NCBI GenBank assembly: GCA_963726455.1
Contig: CAVSCK010000005.1
Coordinates: 480,001 to 544,000, forward strand
Length of the DNA: 64,000 nucleotides
Direction of reading: 5' to 3'
Origin: an uncultured bacterium
Lineage (GTDB): Bacteria; Zixibacteria; MSB-5A5; CAIYYT01
In this document: positions 61,884-64,000 of the stretch, in pieces
Numbering within the stretch: the first letter of the stretch is position 1
Layout: each line of letters begins with the position of its first letter
Notes under the pieces: generated by a model
The model's input: the letters and a program-made list of their open reading frames with translations, nothing else
Database searches by the model: none
Told to the model about the DNA's origin: nothing
Translations under genes and position numbers: made by a program

Positions 61884-62457
61884 AAAGCGACTTCGTTATG
61901 CCCAACACGAGAACCGGGCAACCTCCGCCCCCTCCGCCTTCAATACGCGGGATCAGCTTACTCAAGTGGGTCGTCGAGGATCCGTAAGACTTCCCACGAC
62001 CCAATTTGTCGAATATTTCCTGCAACTCATCGCAGCGAGTTACGATGATTCCGACACTGATGGCACGCAGGTCGAACAGTAGCCGGAAATTGTTTAGGTC
62101 CCTGTCGAAAAAAGGGTCCTTGTTATTCCATTCAATCTCCAAAGCCACCTGATTCTTGAAACAGTCGATTTGGTGCGTCGGGCTCTCCATCGACTTCTTA
62201 TCGACCACTATTTTGGTCTCAAATGCTTTTTCCTGCCATCCCCGCGCGAACAAAGCATGATCAATTGCCTCAGAGACAAGTGATTTACGCCCACCGCCGA
62301 CTGTGATCCAACTCTTACGTAATCTAAATTCGGTGAATACGTCAATCACATCTTTGAACTCTTTTGGAAAATCGGCTTTGAGCACTGCACAGGCGTGTTT
62401 CCATTCCAGAACGCTGTAATTGGTCCTTATGACGCTTGGCAGAAGCTCAATACCCAC
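61870..62457 (-). CDS. BglII/BstYI family type II restriction endonuclease
   Basis: 'THQIDCFKNQVALEIEWNNKDPFFDRDL', 'VGIIVTR', 'CPVLVLGI'; overlaps MTase. Confidence 0.85.
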   Translation of the reverse strand: MGIELLPSVIRTNYSVLEWKHACAVLKADFPKEFKDVIDVFTEFRLRKSWITVGGGRKSLVSEAIDHALFARGWQEKAFETKIVVDKKSMESPTHQIDCFKNQVALEIEWNNKDPFFDRDLNNFRLLFDLRAISVGIIVTRCDELQEIFDKLGRGKSYGSSTTHLSKLIPRIEGGGGGGCPVLVLGITKSLYVER

Positions 62458-62697
62458 AAGGACGAATTAAACAACTAAAGCATAAAAGGCAATCGCAATT
62501 CTCGGATCTTCCTATATGAAGTAACCGTCCTTTTCGGTCAAAGGTTTTAGGAAAGCCATTTCGCCTCGTTCCTCTCGTAGCGTGGTTCAGATCCTTGCGA
62601 TATTGCATTCCAGTCCCGGCCAGAATATTTCGCCGTTCCAATTAGGGTTTGATTTTCCGCCCTGCGTATCATTATACTTGCTATGAGAAAGGAAACT

Positions 62698-63870
62698 ATG
62701 GCGCCGACAGACAATCGCACTCCGCAGAAACGGACTCGGGAGCAATTCGTCCGCCCGGGACTGGCTAAGATCACCAACATTATAGCCGTGGCCTCCGGCA
62801 AGGGCGGCGTCGGCAAATCGACCGTGTCGGCCAATCTGGCGACCGCGCTCAAACGTGAAGGCGCCAGAGTCGGGTTGATGGATGCCGACATTTACGGACC
62901 CAGCCAGCCCGGAATGTTGGGAGCTCGCAATGAGCAGCCCGAGATACATGACAACTCCCTCAAGCCGCTGGTCCGTCATGGTATTACCTTTATGTCGATG
63001 GGGCTGCTGCTTGGCGAAGACAGTCCGGTCATTTGGCGGGCGCCGATGGCGATGAAGATTATTCAACAGTTTATTGATAACGTCGATTGGGGCGAGCTGG
63101 ATTACCTCTTGATCGATCTGCCCCCCGGCACCGGTGACGTTCAACTTACTCTGGCGCAACAGGCATCACTGACGGGAGCGATTATCGTCACCACGCCGCA
63201 GGAGGTTGCGCTGGGAGTTGCCCGCAAAGGACTCAAGATGTTCGAGCAGGTGAACGTTCCGATTCTCGGCGTGATCGAGAACATGAGCGGTTTCATCTGC
63301 AAGCACTGTGGCAAGGAGACGGAAATTTTCCGTGTCGGCGGTGGACGTAAGATGGCATTGGAGTTTGGCGTGCCATTCCTGGGAGCCATACCACTTGATC
63401 CGGAGATCGTCATGAGTGGTGACAACGGCAATCCGATCCTGGAAAACGGCAGTAACTCGCCGGCAGCACAGGCAATTGTCGGTATCGCTAAACGCCTGCA
63501 ACAGTATGCCGCCGCGGAGCATAGTCGCACCAGTGCTATCGAACCACAACAGGTAGAGATACTTGCGGATGGCGGCCTCGGAATTATCTGGCCGGATGGA
63601 CACAACGGAGTGCACAAGGCGTACTCACTGCGTATCAATTGCCCATGCGCTTCCTGTGTCGATGAAAATTCCGGCGAGAGAATGATTGATGCCGGCCGGG
63701 TGCCGTTGGGTATAAAGATCGATGCTTTTGATATCGTCGGACGATACGCAGTGGCGCTCAAGTTTTCCGACGGCCACTCAACCGGTTTGTACTCATTCAC
63801 CTACTTGCGCAGCATGTGCGAATGCGAATTATGTCGCGGTGGAAACCAGCAGGGTTCATTCACCGTTTAA
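62698..63870 (+). CDS. mrp: Mrp/NBP35 Fe-S carrier ATPase fused to DUF971
   Basis: 'SGKGGVGKST', 'DADIYGP', 'DLPPGTGD', 'CKHC'; C-terminal 'CPCASC..DGHSTGLYSF'. Confidence 0.92.
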   Translation: MAPTDNRTPQKRTREQFVRPGLAKITNIIAVASGKGGVGKSTVSANLATALKREGARVGLMDADIYGPSQPGMLGARNEQPEIHDNSLKPLVRHGITFMSMGLLLGEDSPVIWRAPMAMKIIQQFIDNVDWGELDYLLIDLPPGTGDVQLTLAQQASLTGAIIVTTPQEVALGVARKGLKMFEQVNVPILGVIENMSGFICKHCGKETEIFRVGGGRKMALEFGVPFLGAIPLDPEIVMSGDNGNPILENGSNSPAAQAIVGIAKRLQQYAAAEHSRTSAIEPQQVEILADGGLGIIWPDGHNGVHKAYSLRINCPCASCVDENSGERMIDAGRVPLGIKIDAFDIVGRYAVALKFSDGHSTGLYSFTYLRSMCECELCRGGNQQGSFTV

Positions 63871-63888
63871 TAGGTAAGGAGATTAGTC

Positions 63889-64000
63889 ATGAACGATCAG
63901 GATATAAAGATCACCGCGCAACCGCTTCTGAATCCGGAAGTTTGCATCTTCACGGTCGACCGTCCGCTGCTGCCTTCCGGTTCAATCAACTGCAAGAGTG
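63889..64000 (+). CDS. NifU/Nfu N-terminal domain protein (partial)
   Basis: AAGGAG RBS; MNDQDIKITAQPLLNPEVCIFTVDRPLL resembles the Nfu_N start; follows mrp. Confidence 0.6.
   Translation, partial: MNDQDIKITAQPLLNPEVCIFTVDRPLLPSGSINCKS

Overview
A roughly 55% GC chromosomal segment from a Gram-negative bacterium. The many Cys-flanked C-terminal dockerins suggest candidate phylum Zixibacteria (inference). The housekeeping backbone includes mscL, nadE, tRNA-Ala(CGC), two tandem ptb-like genes, hbd-crt, the kdsB-pyrG-kdsA-kdsC-kdsD/lptC-X-lptB-rpoN-hpf-hprK cluster, rfaE, lon-nnr, ychF, mtaB, pepF and mrp-nfu. Accessory genes sit between these. They include five monocistronic secreted dockerin proteins, three of which also carry a cohesin-like domain, and a membrane pseudokinase-FHA-PP2C operon. 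There is also a FIST-histidine kinase pair, a degenerate class III cyclase-like gene, a BglII-like/MT-A70 restriction-modification pair and a stand-alone rod-shaped ncRNA candidate. An unannotated 41-aa protein and several REP/REPIN-like palindrome clusters (one 4x91-bp tandem array, one nested) complete the set. At least 7 conserved genes carry single-base frameshifts, most likely assembly indel errors. No CRISPR array, integrase or transposase was seen.
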